Positions 11,017 through 22,481 of a stretch of DNA of 64,000 nucleotides are shown in pieces. The notes beneath the pieces were generated by a model that saw only the letters and a program-made list of their open reading frames with translations, was not told the origin of the DNA and did not search any database. A program made the position numbers and the translations under genes. This stretch comes from Obrimoposthia wandeli (taxonomy: Eukaryota): assembly GCA_977020255.1 (NCBI GenBank), contig CDROCS010001301.1, positions 124,001 through 188,000 on the forward strand. Reading direction: 5' to 3'. The first letter of the stretch is position 1. Each line of letters opens with the position of its first letter.

Positions 11017-11487
11017 CTAAATTTCTTCTACCAATTCGGCTTCCTATGTGAATAATTAAAATTATTATCTAATTTATAATAATTTACTTCAATTTTATCC
11101 GGTGTTGGTAGGTATCGCTGCTCACTCCTTGGATCATCCTGGTTACATTGACTCGCCAAGTACTTCGGTTCAATCAGCCTCTCCGCCGGGATCAGTGACT
11201 GTGCCAAATCCAGTTGAAGTTTCTAAAAATGAAATTAAAAAATATTTAAAATAAATTAATAGACTAACCTCATTCGTCGCCTTTATTCTCCTAACAGGTT
11301 CTTCTCTTGGAGTTGAGCTGGCCAATGGTGCTTCTTCTTTTATCAGCTCTGCTCTTGCTGCTTCTTCTCCTTCGCTCACCATCGACGAGTCTTGACTAAG
11401 TAAGTTAATGTACTGCGCCGGTGGCGGCGTTTGCTGCTGTACTGGAGAGAGATCGCCATACAGTTGAACCTCCGTCTCTTTATTCAA
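11017..11487 (-). pseudogene. Unknown Polinton right-arm gene with two short introns
   Basis: GT-AG introns 11268-11223 (46 nt) and 11087-11044 (44 nt), both phase 0, flank an open 45-codon exon. The LLSQDS...STPRE segment is homologous to 12500-12620 (+). No clear ATG found. Confidence 0.45.
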
Positions 11488-12084
11488 ATCGACGTTGTTG
11501 TAGAATGAAATTCTTGATTATTGATTCTTGATTTATGAAAAATAATGAAAAGAGGTTTCCTTATATACAAAAACAACATACTAACCCTCTTTTGTCGTCC
11601 AATGAGAGCGGGTTATTCAAATAATTTATTTGAAAAATCTATAGGATTTTATCAATTTTTTAACTACGTTTAAATGCGAGAATGTCATTGGATAAAAAAA
11701 ATGTATTCGAAAATTGTACTATTTTCCTAAGTTTTTGTTGACTGAGTTCAATGTTCAATGAGAGTGTATTATTCAAATAATTTATTTGAAAATTTATAGT
11801 ATTTTCTTAATTTTTTGATGATGATTTCTTTGTATATATTTGAATTTAAAATAGTAATATTTTCTTGACTGTACATGTTGGGAGGGTATAATGTAAGTAA
11901 AACTAGCCTTTTGAGTGTATCTAGATATAAATTATTATAAGGAATTTTTTTTCGCGACCCTGTATATATGTATTGTTCGTCAGGCCACCGCAGGACTTTA
12001 CTCACTCTTGGGGGAGCACTATGATATTTTCAATTTTAAAGGGTGTTATATGGGGTTAATTAGTTTTTTTGAGTGTTGGGGAGG

Positions 12085-12206
12085 AGGAAGAAAATTTCTC
12101 TGCACACACATGCACGAAATTTCACTCAACACACATGCACGGTTTTAAAGGACATTGGTAGCCTCCGGGGAGAGGGGGAGGGAGGTGGATTAGACATTCA
12201 CCTACT
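12085..12206. repeat. Right terminal inverted repeat of Polinton A
   Basis: cacatgcacgaaatttcactc.acacacat.cacggttttaaaggaca...ggattagac...cacctact is shared with 25985-26095. Confidence 0.75.
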
Positions 12207-13069
12207 CACATGTACCGACTGTACGATATCACCGCCCCTAAATCACTATATATGACTTTATGAATTATATCCAAAAAGTATTGTATAAGTGTTTATTTAA
12301 CTCAACACACAGTCAACAAAATATTAACAAACTACTACGGTTTTTCAAATAATTTATTTGAATAACACGCTCTCAATAGACGATGAAATATAGTTTGTCT
12401 AATGTTTGTAGGAGAAGGGGACCTATTTTCATTATTTTTCATAAAGATGGAGGCTTAGCTGTATGGATATATCTCCAGTACGCGCTGAAAGCCATCACCG
12501 TCGCAGTATATTACTTACTTAGTCAAGACTCGACAGTGGAAAGCCAAGGAGCAAGTCAAGAGCCGATGAGTGAACTTCTCGCCACTTCGACTCCAAGAGA
12601 ACCAGCAGCAAGAGGAAAATCCTAATATATAAGAAGAAACAAGAATGCCGTTTGAGACACCGACAAGGAAGAGAAACAACCTCTTTGATAACTATGAGGC
12701 GGACAAACGCCCATGGAAAAAGATCCATTTGTTTCAGCCGGCAACAGTTTAACTCCAGACTCCAACGTGGATCTCTCCGAAGAACCGATGGTGAATGATA
12801 CGAGTTTTGTGCCGGCGACTCAGAAGGAAAACTTGACTCATTTCATTGACGAATGGGATGGTGTGATTCATACTCTCCTGTCTGATATTGAAGCCCAAGA
12901 AATCAGCGAAAGTATTAGAGTCGAGTTTGACGATGATGATCTCACTCATTTCTTCGATGAGTGGAATAGTCTCACCACAAGTATCCCAATCCGTAGTAGT
13001 GCTCCAATCAGAAACAACTCCATCATTACTGAATTTATAGTAAATTTATCTCATTTAATGGTGTTTTTA

Positions 13070-13290
13070 GATTATCAGTTGAATCATCAACATGTTTATA
13101 AAATCCAGCTTTAGCTAAATCACTTTTAAATTGATTCCCTTTACAATTTAATAATATCAACATTAATCTTTTGCTTTCATGTTTATATTTCTTATATAAA
13201 ACATTCATTCTAGTATATTCTAATTTTCGTTTTACTAAAATGTCATTAAAAGTTCTATAATACCTTATATAGTCAACAAGCCTTTTCAAA
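13070..13290 (-). pseudogene. Truncated BIR/IAP gene
   Basis: LVDYIRYYRTFNDILVKRKLEY...[16 protein letters not shown] aligns with 45436-45650; cut off before the zinc-binding CxxC. Confidence 0.75.
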
Positions 13291-13349
13291 ATCAAATCTA
13301 AAACATATATTCGTTTTTAAAAAACTTTCAAGAAAATATACAGTAGAAT

Positions 13350-13780
13350 CAATTTAACAATGATAATAAAAATCTTTAATATCATGAATAATCACTTGTC
13401 CGCTAGTTAAAACTCATTAACACATAGAGGATTAAACTTTAAAATTCTGAGTAATGGAAACAATTCTGGTTCAAACATACAATTTCTTCCCATTTTCACT
13501 GATACCTTATACAAATTAACCTCCTTGTTGACTGAGATACTTAGAGATTGAATACGTTCAAATTATATATTTTTGACATATTTGATTGGCTGTTTGTTAC
13601 CCATAATACTATATGAACCTATAATAATAAAAATAGTAATAATAACACATGTTGGAAATATAACTATAGTATAATCCTTTTCAACCTTTGAACATATTGT
13701 ATAGGTTTATTTGATCAAAAGGGTAAGTGAATAACACTTCCCTTAACTTTATATTTATAATTTATTTTCTTTATTTTCAT
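13350..13780 (-). pseudogene. TBP-like pseudogene of Polinton D
   Basis: Reverse strand reads MKIKKINYKYKVKG...KPIQYV...YTIVIFPT | 30-nt GT-AG intron (13648-13619) | ...IERIQSLSISVN...[23 protein letters not shown]...SGQVII; several stops and frameshifts. Confidence 0.8.
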
Positions 13781-13907
13781 TATGTAATAATTATTGATTT
13801 CATAGACTTATATAGTTTCATATTATCCAATGATAATCAATAACCAATCAGATTCAAGTAGTCAATTATAACTAACAAAACAATTCAGTTTACTCTCATT
13901 TTTTAAC

Positions 13908-14396
13908 ATGTTCAATTTACAAAAACCAACTTTGAAGACCGGAGTGACGAAGAATGGAATATTAAATGAGACCAAGATGCTCAATAGCACAATCCATATA
14001 GATTCTGATGATACAGAATTAGAAGATCTTTTTAGTGACAACATATTTAATTATAATTAGTCAATGAATTTCCTCAAGATGCATTTAACGTATGGATTTC
14101 AATACCCTGTCATGCTAAAAAATCCAAATTTGATTACGTCATATCAATAATTCATAATGCGAATATAAATCATCTTAATAATATTTTCAAAGGTATGAAA
14201 TTGGATATTAAAATTGAAATTACAGTGTTTTCATTAAAACTGATGAAAATTTCTTCTCTGTAATCTATAGTTTATCTGAAGAAATGTTTCCCAAATGCAA
14301 ATATTATTTATTCAAATACAAAGTTTCAAAGTTGATAAGCTTGGGAAACATAAGCCTATATGGGAAATTACTGAAGGACAAAAGAAAAATAAATAA
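13908..14396 (+). pseudogene. Conserved divergent Polinton gene (homolog of 44126-44770; possible SSB)
   Basis: Frameshifted segments YGFQYPV...KSKFDY...INHLNNIF and IQSFKVDKLGKHKPIWEITEGQ align with YGFMFPV...KSKYDF...IDDLNTTF and [22 protein letters not shown]. Confidence 0.7.
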
Positions 14397-14603
14397 ATAT
14401 TGATAGTCTTTATTGTCTTTTAACTATAAATAAAGTATATTTAAAATATGCATTATCAAAGGTGCTATGAGATGTATGAAGCAAATTGGAGTTATGAAGG
14501 AAAGAGGATAAAAGTAATCCAGATGGCCAAGGCTCAAATAAATAATATGTTTTTGTTAAATAAAAGTTTTAAAAATTATGTATCACCCTTTGAATTCGAA
14601 AAT

Positions 14604-14831
14604 ATTCAAATATTTATAAAAAAATATTTCCAGGGGAAATAGTAAGCGTTTTTAAGTCAATATACACAAAAATAAGAAAGATTAAAGAAATAATAAATGA
14701 AAAATAGGATTACCTACATAGGTACAAAACTTAACCTTAGAAGGAAAACAACTAATAAATGAATTTAAGTTAAGAGATTACAAAATAAATAAGGGCAATA
14801 CATTACACCTCATACTTAAGTAAAAGGAGGT
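14604..14831 (+). pseudogene. Ubiquitin-like domain remnant
   Basis: IQIFIKK..G...KIRKIKEIINEK/IGLPT*VQNLTLEGKQLINEFKLRDYKINKGNTLHLILK(L)KGG versus ubiquitin MQIFVKT.TG...[43 protein letters not shown]; three frameshifts and one stop. Confidence 0.7.
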
Positions 14832-14944
14832 TTAAATGATGAGATAAGTTTAACCTATCATAAAGAAAGTTTGAAAACAGCATTGTACAAAAAATATTTA
14901 AGATAGCGCAACTAACAAGGAGAAGAAATTTAGCGATTCAAGCT

Positions 14945-15480
14945 TTGATAAGTGGTAAAGAAACCGACCTAAGGTTAGAGGATTATGAAGAGAACCTTGC
15001 GATAATATCAGGAGAGCTAACATGTTTACAAAGATTAGCTTCTGATTTAAGAAGACAAGAAAAGGTAAAAGAGTTAGAGAAAGATTTGGAAGAAATAAAT
15101 AAGTTTCACGATAAATTAGGAACATTGTCCACAGAATTGTTAAAAACAGATATAGAAAGCAGGGGAGCATTCACAATGAGCTATCAGTCAAACAATAGGA
15201 TTTACAGAATTTAAAAAGTTAACATTGTTAATAGTCAGATTTCAAATTAAGAAAGTTGGAAAACAACGTTTAATGAATTAATCAGAAAAAAAGGGTAGAA
15301 TAAACGAGTAATATATTGCATATGCGACAGTATTTGAGATCGGAGCCATTAAAATTTGTAGACTTTAGTATTGTCAGAAGAAACTTATGATAAAGCACTA
15401 GAAAGACTAGAGCAAAGATATTGAGGTGATGAAAGAGATAATTAAAATGAATTGAAGGACGTTGAAAAGTTAAAATATCC
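14945..15480 (+). pseudogene. Coiled-coil ORF plus BEL/Pao gag-like (DUF1759-like) remnant
   Basis: Degraded QYLRSEPLKFV...SEETYDKALERLEQRY resembles the BEL gag YLRS.L.GEA..L....NY..AL..L..RYG motif. Confidence 0.45.
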
Positions 15481-15612
15481 AATGTTCTCCTGGTAAATTC
15501 GAAGTATGAGTATTGATAATGTAACCTTCAGATTAAAAAAACATGAAGAAAAAAAATCTTGTACTTGTACTGAACTAAATAAAAATTAATAAATATAAAT
15601 ATAAAAAATGTC

Positions 15613-16845
15613 TTATTTCATTCTAAAAGATATGACAGTTCTGTTTTTATTGATTTGTATTTCCGAATCAAATACTCCGTAAATAAGCACCGTAGTAGGA
15701 TGTGTTAAAGCTGCATTGAACTTAATTTCTAGTCGTAAATTTCCATCCTTTGGTAGTTGGCATTGGTTTATATCAAAGTCTGGTGCCAAAACAAATGTGA
15801 AGAACGGGCAGCTACTTTTAAACTCAGTGAAAGAAATACCATTGTTTATATTTTTATCTAGTTGACCCAAATTCCGATTAATATATTGCGCATAAGCCAA
15901 AGCATAAGCATTACCTTTGAAATATGTTTTATATGTTTCACGATAATCAGTATTTCTTGAAAGTGTCACTGAACCTACATTAAGATTGTCAAATAGAGTT
16001 GCATCTGTCGTATAATTTCCTAGAAACTTTGCAGTTTTTTGAAAAGATATTAAAATGAATTTTCGTAATCTTACATCACCTAAAGTTTGATTCTTATTAA
16101 AAGCTTGTGTACCCGTACGTAAAGAGTAGGTTATAAGTTTAGTTTCTCTAATAGGATAACAAGCATTGTTTTTTTCCCATTCCTATATTATGGTACATTA
16201 AAACTGATTGCTTGGTTTTAACTCTTCAGCCATACAATTTTGCATCCAAAATATCAAGTCTAGGTTTTAGAACGTCTGTGCTTATCAAAGAAAAATTCCA
16301 TTTATTACGTCTCAAACGAAGATGTACATTAACATCGGGATTTAAATATTTCGGTTGTTCAAAGAAATTCAATCTCAAAGACCCACACATTTCGTAAGCT
16401 TTAAAACTCGCAATTCATTCTTTGCAAGTTGCATCCGTTTTATCATAACCAATGGTTGCCAAATTAGTATTTTGAGTATCAGTACTATAATTCAAAAGAC
16501 TTTCAATCAAAGCTTTATGAGAATAGGAAGAATTTTCACCTTCAATTTTGACATTATTAAGAGTAACAATGGCATCACTAAATAAAGAATTAAAAAGATA
16601 ATTTACATCGGAAATTTCCTCTAAATTAGTACCATCCCGATTTAATACTTTTATTTGAACATAAAGCAAAGTATCATTCAAATCTAAATATTCGCTATTG
16701 GAACCATTAATATTAAATTCTAAATCGGTTAAAATGATTCCTGAAACTGAGTTAACTAGAAATATTTCTTCAAAGGAAGCATTATCTACAATACTTGTGG
16801 AAGTGGTTTATCAAAAATACACAATTCGGTTTTGGCGCAACTCAT
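15613..16845 (-). pseudogene. Polinton major capsid protein (hexon-like)
   Basis: MSCAKTELCIFDKPLPQV..., [25 protein letters not shown], and C-terminus FVLAPDFD...GNLRLEIKF...VLIYGVFDSEIQI; multiple lesions. Confidence 0.88.
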
Positions 16846-17219
16846 TTTGCAAATATTGTTCCTTCAATTTTCTTACATTTGTTTATATTGATATTTTGCT
16901 TCTTTTTACGTTTAAATCCACTACCTCCTTGGCTTTTATTTGATATACGTTTTTTAATCAAATTAGCAACTTCAGGTAAAACATTATCAAGTTCATCAAG
17001 TGCATGCTTCTTAAAAGTTGGTATTAGTTTATTGTCCTTAGATGAAAGGTAATCCTTTCCTAATTTTGATATAAATCGCTCGAGTCTCTTTAAAAGAGGA
17101 AAGGCAAATCTACCTAATGTTCTAAGCCAGCCAGATCCATATTGTTTGCCAACAAAATATGGTAATTCTCCACCTTGTTGGCATTGACTATAAGCTTCAA
17201 TCATTGCTGGATTCGCCAT
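16842..17219 (-). CDS. Conserved Polinton basic protein upstream of MCP (QQGG / QYGSG motifs)
   Basis: [33 protein letters not shown], nearly identical to the N-terminal part of 49671-50093; open 125 aa. Confidence 0.75.
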   Translation of the reverse strand: MANPAMIEAYSQCQQGGELPYFVGKQYGSGWLRTLGRFAFPLLKRLERFISKLGKDYLSSKDNKLIPTFKKHALDELDNVLPEVANLIKKRISNKSQGGSGFKRKKKQNININKCKKIEGTIFAK

Positions 17220-18248
17220 TTTGTTTTCTTAAATGTATTGTTAAACTTGTCTTAGCCCCGTACTTGAAATCTATTAGTTATCTGGAATCATCTCTAATAT
17301 TTACTTCAATATTGTTTATAGAAAAGAGAGCAACTGTAAGATACATTGGTTGATATATACGCATACCGATAACGTCCCCATCTTTAGTTTGATTATGAGA
17401 TATCCATATTGTTCTCAAAAGTGGAACTCGTTGTCTACCTACAAGCGTTGTTCTATTACATTAGTATAATTATAGAAATGATTAACAGCATTTAAAAGTC
17501 TTGCTTTATTTTTAGCTTTTATGGTTTTTATTGTATGGGTTTCAAAGGTATTTCTGTTTAAACCGAGGTCTTTAGCGAGTTTATCATCAAATAAAACCCG
17601 TTTTATATTGCTCTTTACTCTAAACGTTAATTTACCATTTTTTAATGTTACACATTTATCCAAATATTCACTACATTCCTTCTGTATTAATTTACAGAAA
17701 TTCACTTCACTATCTATTTTATAATCTTTTGAAATCTTTTTCAGTTCCACTACTGTCTTTGGTCTCGTTTTAAGTAACAACACTTTTGCTACTCTACCAG
17801 GAACATTTCTAACCGATTTAGATGAGACTATATCCCGTCTATTACGAGCTACTGTTTGTTCACTATCAAAACTGAATTGAAGAGCTTATTTTTCAGATTC
17901 AAAGTTAATTTTAATAACTTAAAAATATTTTAATCGATTTTTAAATCTGACTGTTATTTTCAAATATTGCTTTCACTTATTTATCTATACAATTGTAATA
18001 GAATTGTCCTTTACTATCAAACCCGATCACAACTTCAGTTGTTTTTTCATGATTAAATTCTTTTGTAAACGAAATATGTGAGTTTTTTCTGATACTAATT
18101 GGAGAATAATAAAATTCTGTTAAAGCCGCTTCCCATTCTCCTTGGAGATTTATAGGATTTTCCCAATCGATAATAAAGCTACTAGCGTCATTATCTGGTT
18201 GAGTCTTCGGGCATATGTTACTAGGTAAACCATATACATAGACTTCAT
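17200..18248 (-). pseudogene. Polinton minor capsid protein
   Basis: Inverted homolog of 8506-9381 that also retains the C-terminus (IYQPMY...NNIEVNIRDD...LTIHLRK); broken by stops and frameshifts. Confidence 0.8.
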
Positions 18249-19176
18249 ATTATATTAGATGCTGATATCTAAGTTGGGTCTAAATAACCATGCCATTTAA
18301 TAAAGTATTGTTTAAGTTTACCAGTACCCTTAGATTTTAATATTTTTTGAATACGGAAAACGCTAGGTTTATTTGATATTACTTGCAGTTCTTGCTCGTA
18401 AAATTTACCCTAAACGATTTTATTGTCACTATCTTTAATAGTATACATTATTGGATTACTCTTTTGATCAATTTTACTTATACAAAATATTTCATCGCTC
18501 CAATTCTGATCAAAGTTTTTAATAAATGGAGTAGAACTAATTTTAGAAATTCAAACATATTCGCTTTTATTATATTTAGCTTTTTTAATATTTTCTTTTT
18601 TATTCATGTCTATCCAAATATCCATAGAGTTTTTATTAGTAACATCAACAAATCTCATTTTTTATTTTCTTCTTTTGTGAAATATTTTTTTATTCGATCT
18701 CTTAAAGTACGATTAAATCTTTCTACTACTGCTGCTTTGTACTGCTGCTTTTTATTTTGTTTAAATAATGATTGAACTTGCTTATTATAAAATTCTTTTC
18801 CAAAATTTGTTTTTTCATTTTGTGGAATGTCCTCTTTTAATATTTCTTTAATGGCTTCAAGCATAGCTATTGAAGACTTTGCTTTAACTGGAATTGCACG
18901 AGCAAACCTGCTAAATAAATCAATACATGTTAAAATATATCGATATCCCTTATTAATGGAAGAATATGGGATCATCTCCATCAAATCCATTTGCCATAAA
19001 TTATTAGAACCGTTGGTTTTGTAAGCTCTAGTTGGAAACATTCTTCTCATCGGCTTGTTCAGACTGTAGGCTATTCATTTCTGCGTTTTCTTGTAATTTT
19101 GTTTTGTTCTTTTTGCTAATTTTGAAACTCCTGTGTAACCAATTCGATTTTTTGGATTGAACCATATCTTCTCCAT
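18245..19176 (-). pseudogene. Polinton integrase
   Basis: ORF 18655-19050 ([25 protein letters not shown]) plus upstream and downstream fragments; internal deletions relative to A. Confidence 0.88.
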
Positions 19177-19263
19177 TACAACAATTTGAATATATAGAAA
19201 ATTTAAATTTAGGTTAAGAAGGGTTAGCACCCATATCTTTAGCTGATTTTTTAAATTAATTGT

Positions 19264-19591
19264 TTATGAACGTGTCGCAGCTATAATACTACTGATAATT
19301 GAAGCAACATTGGAATAAAAGCCCCTATGAAACCACCATTATGTTTAAGAATAATATTTCGTTTCCTTTTTTTACTTTTTACATTAGCAATATCTAGAAG
19401 ATATTTTCTATATTTCTTTAATATATTTTTCCGATTTCCAACTTTTACTCGACACAAACTATATTATACAAAACTTCCAATAAATCATCTACAACAAAAG
19501 ATGGAAATGCTTTAAGAATAATCATTCTCTTATGAGAAGAGGCTTTGACTAAAGCTTTAAAATAGGGTATGCTTCTTTGTATTTTCTTCAT
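19264..19591 (-). pseudogene. Conserved basic Polinton protein (copy of 7065-7394)
   Basis: Reverse strand begins MKKIQRSIPYFKALVK and contains KHNGGFIG; frameshifted. Confidence 0.7.
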
Positions 19592-20374
19592 TTTAATAAA
19601 AAGGTTTAATTTAAATATTGTTTATATTCGAAGCCATTTAAGTTTTTTTTTATTTTTAACTAAAGATTTGATTAATTTTATCACTTCTTTTTTCTTAATG
19701 ATTATTTTTTTTGATTTCTTAGATTTTACTTTACGTTTTACTATCAACTTCTTAAAAGGCAGAACTATAATATTTTTATTTTAAGGAAATGCCTGTCTGG
19801 CCACTAAATCAACAACTGTTTGATCTCTAGGATTTTTAAATAAAACTAGGTAATGTACAGTAGGTACTTTGGTGGAGTCTAGACCACTGGGGGGAGGGTC
19901 CCTCCTTGTGTGCGCACACCAAGTTAAAGGGTGTCACACTATAAGGGTGTCACACCATAGAGATGTCACACAATAAGGGTATATGTTGCCTCACCATAGA
20001 GGTGTCTTGCCACACCATAAGGTTCTGGCTCAGAAAGGTTATGAAGGTTTGAAGGTATGGTCGTGACCGTCTATGGTCGGCCAACATACCCAAGGGGTTG
20101 TGGTCGTCCATAAATCAAAGGGTCGGGGTCAGTTTTGACTTGAAGGTTTGAAGGTATGGTCATGACCATCTTTGGTTGGCCAACATACCCAAGGGGTTGT
20201 GGTCGTCCATAGGTGAAAGGGTCGGACTCAGTTTTGACTTGAATGTTTGAAGGTATAATTGAGGTCAACTATGGTTGGCCATCACATCTAAAGGGTCATG
20301 GACGTCCATAAATCAAAGGGTCGGACTCAGTTTTGACTTGAAGATTTGAAGGTTACCATGACCATTTATAGTTG

Positions 20375-22234
20375 TGTTAGGATTAGGTTTTGGAAAAATT
20401 AAAATAATTAATCATTTTTATACTAAAATAAAAATCCTTGAAAGCAAGGTTATAATTAAGATAAAATTAATTATAGAATTAAAATTATAAAAATAAAATC
20501 AGTGGGAAAATATTAGGACCACGAAGGTCATGTGTAAGCGTGTGTTGTATTTAAGGGATTTTAAACTTAAGCAAAGGGCCCCAAAAAAGATTTTAGTCTG
20601 CGAAAAAGGAGTTAATTAAGAAAGACAACAGAATCCAATTAAGAAGCACTTAAGAAATTTAGAAGGCCAGCACACAGATCTATCGCGAAAAATTGGAGAG
20701 AAGGAAGCCGCTAAGTAAGAAGCACTTAGCTATTACCAGTTGATTTATTTATTTTCAGATACTGCATTACTGTCGAACAAGAAATTCCATTCCAGCCACA
20801 GAACACCTTTGAGAACACGAACAGGCGGTGGACTAGAACCCATTATCGAAAGTAGATAACGCTAATACATTCCGTGCAACGAAGAAGGAAATCGACGAAA
20901 GCACTTAAGCAATCAGGGCTAAAAGAGAAAACGTAAATTTATTATAAAAAGGAAAATTCATATTTTGACTAACACAGAAAACGATATCTCCAAGAAAACA
21001 GAAGTGCGAATAAGTCGAAGTTGAAATCGATCCCAAAAACCAGCAGAGCGATTGTCTAAAATCCCAAGCAGAACATCTCGCGCCAAATACTAAAAGCAAT
21101 CTCAGTGACTCGATTATATAAGAAGAAAAGTAAATTACCAGTTAAAATTAATCAAATTAAAAGAATTAGGAAATAAACGGGTTCGGATCGAGAACACAGT
21201 ATATCTCGCGAGGCCTCTCCATCGGAACCAGAGCGAGCTTTTTCGACAGTGGTCGAATCCGGGAAAGCAGAAGTGTCGGACCTAGAGCAACGGATAGAAT
21301 TGGGATCGGAGCAATTGTCCCTGTGGAAACACTGCAGCACCAGACACCAGCTATCCCCAGTTAGGAATCCATCCCAAGCTAGGAGTTCGCAGGACATCGC
21401 AAAGACGTGGATCGTAATCGGCAGCGTTCCTAGCTATTGGTGAGGCAAGAGATCTAGCTAGTAGAATTTAAGAGATTGATAAAGACTATTTATAAAGTCT
21501 AGTAAAAGAGTGATAAAGACTATTTATAAAGTCTAGTAAAAGAGTAATAAAGACTATTTATAAAGTCTAGTAGAATATAAAAGATTGTTAAAGTCTAGTA
21601 GAATATAAAAGATTGTTAAAGACTATTTTTAAAGTCTAGTAGAATTGAAAAGAGTGATCAAGACTATTTATAAAGTCTAGTAGAGTTTAAGAGATTGATA
21701 AAGACTATTTATAAAGTCTAGTGGATATCGATATTGTTTACTTAAAAGTGAAAGTCCTAACTTACCCCTCTTTTTAGAGTACCAGCTCTGTAAACTACCC
21801 TAAAAAACCTATCTAAACTCATTCCCTATTTTAGAGCAATAGCTCTGTAAAATCTATAAACTTAAATTGCCCGCATTTTTAGAGTAAAGACTCTAGCACC
21901 CAATCAACCCGAAACTTAAAATCGATACGTGGATCATCCCCACTTGTGCAGAGACTTTGTAAAAGTCTTAGGAATAGTTGTCAATTTTAGAACGTAATTA
22001 GAACGTGTAACTTAGTGTGATTAATAATAAACAAATTTCCTACAACTAGACAGCGTTGTTATCGACCCTTCCAAATTAGAAACAACAAACCTTCAGATAA
22101 ACGTAGAGACAGGCAAGCATAACATTAAGTAGGCCACAACCATCTGCAAGTCCTGCTTCTATAGAACTCACGTTGGGGCCCTCCACAGTCAGAGGATCTA
22201 TATTAGAACACAGTTTCATATAGAAACCCCAACA
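20375..22234. mobile_element. Solo LTR or internally deleted LTR retrotransposon (1860 bp)
   Basis: TGTTAGG...CCCAACA ends and 4-bp TSD GTTG (20371-20374, 22235-22238). Removal restores the repeat unit atgaccatttatagttg|accaacacatc seen intact near 42.2-42.3 kb. Confidence 0.75.
21462..21722. repeat. ~34-bp tandem repeat inside the LTR
   Basis: Unit core aaagactatttataaagtctagta at 21481, 21515, 21549 etc.; about 7 degenerate copies. Confidence 0.85.
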
Positions 22235-22481
22235 GTTGACCAACACATCTAATGGGTTGTGACCGACCATATATGAAAGGGTCGGGGTCAGTTTTGACTT
22301 GAATGTTTGAAGGTATAATTAAGGTCTACTATGGTTGGCCATCACATCTAAAGGGTCATGTTGTCCATAAAGTGGTATACACTCCATCAAAGTACCTACT
22401 ATGTACATTAAGATTTCTTATTCTATGTTGACCTCCTTGGTGAAAAAGATTTTGAGTGATAAATATAACTGTTACTTCACG

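Larger units (their letters stand above)
5020..12206 (+). mobile_element. Polinton/Maverick (adintovirus-like) element A, left-truncated and internally deleted, right terminus retained
   Basis: Gene order: TBP-like, small TM protein, ATPase, basic protein, integrase, minor capsid, MCP remnant, protease, convergent pPolB. Ends ...cattcacctact at 12206 (reverse complement AGTAGG...). Close inverted homology to element B begins at ~5020. Confidence 0.9.
12250..15480 (-). mobile_element. Internally deleted Polinton D (third family)
   Basis: The right-arm subterminal region (12250-13070, inverted homolog of 11.3-11.8 kb) is joined to a truncated BIR gene, a TBP-like gene, the divergent conserved gene and a ubiquitin-like remnant, with the same relative layout as A and C. 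Whether 14.6-15.5 kb belongs to it is uncertain. Confidence 0.7.
19859..22400. mobile_element. Non-autonomous Polinton-ended mini-element (678 bp net of the nested LTR)
   Basis: Termini AGTAGGTACTTTGGTGGAGT.../...ACTCCATCAAAGTACCTACT, perfect 6-bp TSD ATGTAC (19853-19858, 22401-22406), ~99-bp internal tandem repeats, no genes. Confidence 0.88.

Noticed and set aside
20050-21722. CRISPR-like repeat arrays (99-bp and 34-bp units)
   Set aside because: Contiguous tandem repeats with no unique spacers and no cas genes, in a eukaryotic context.
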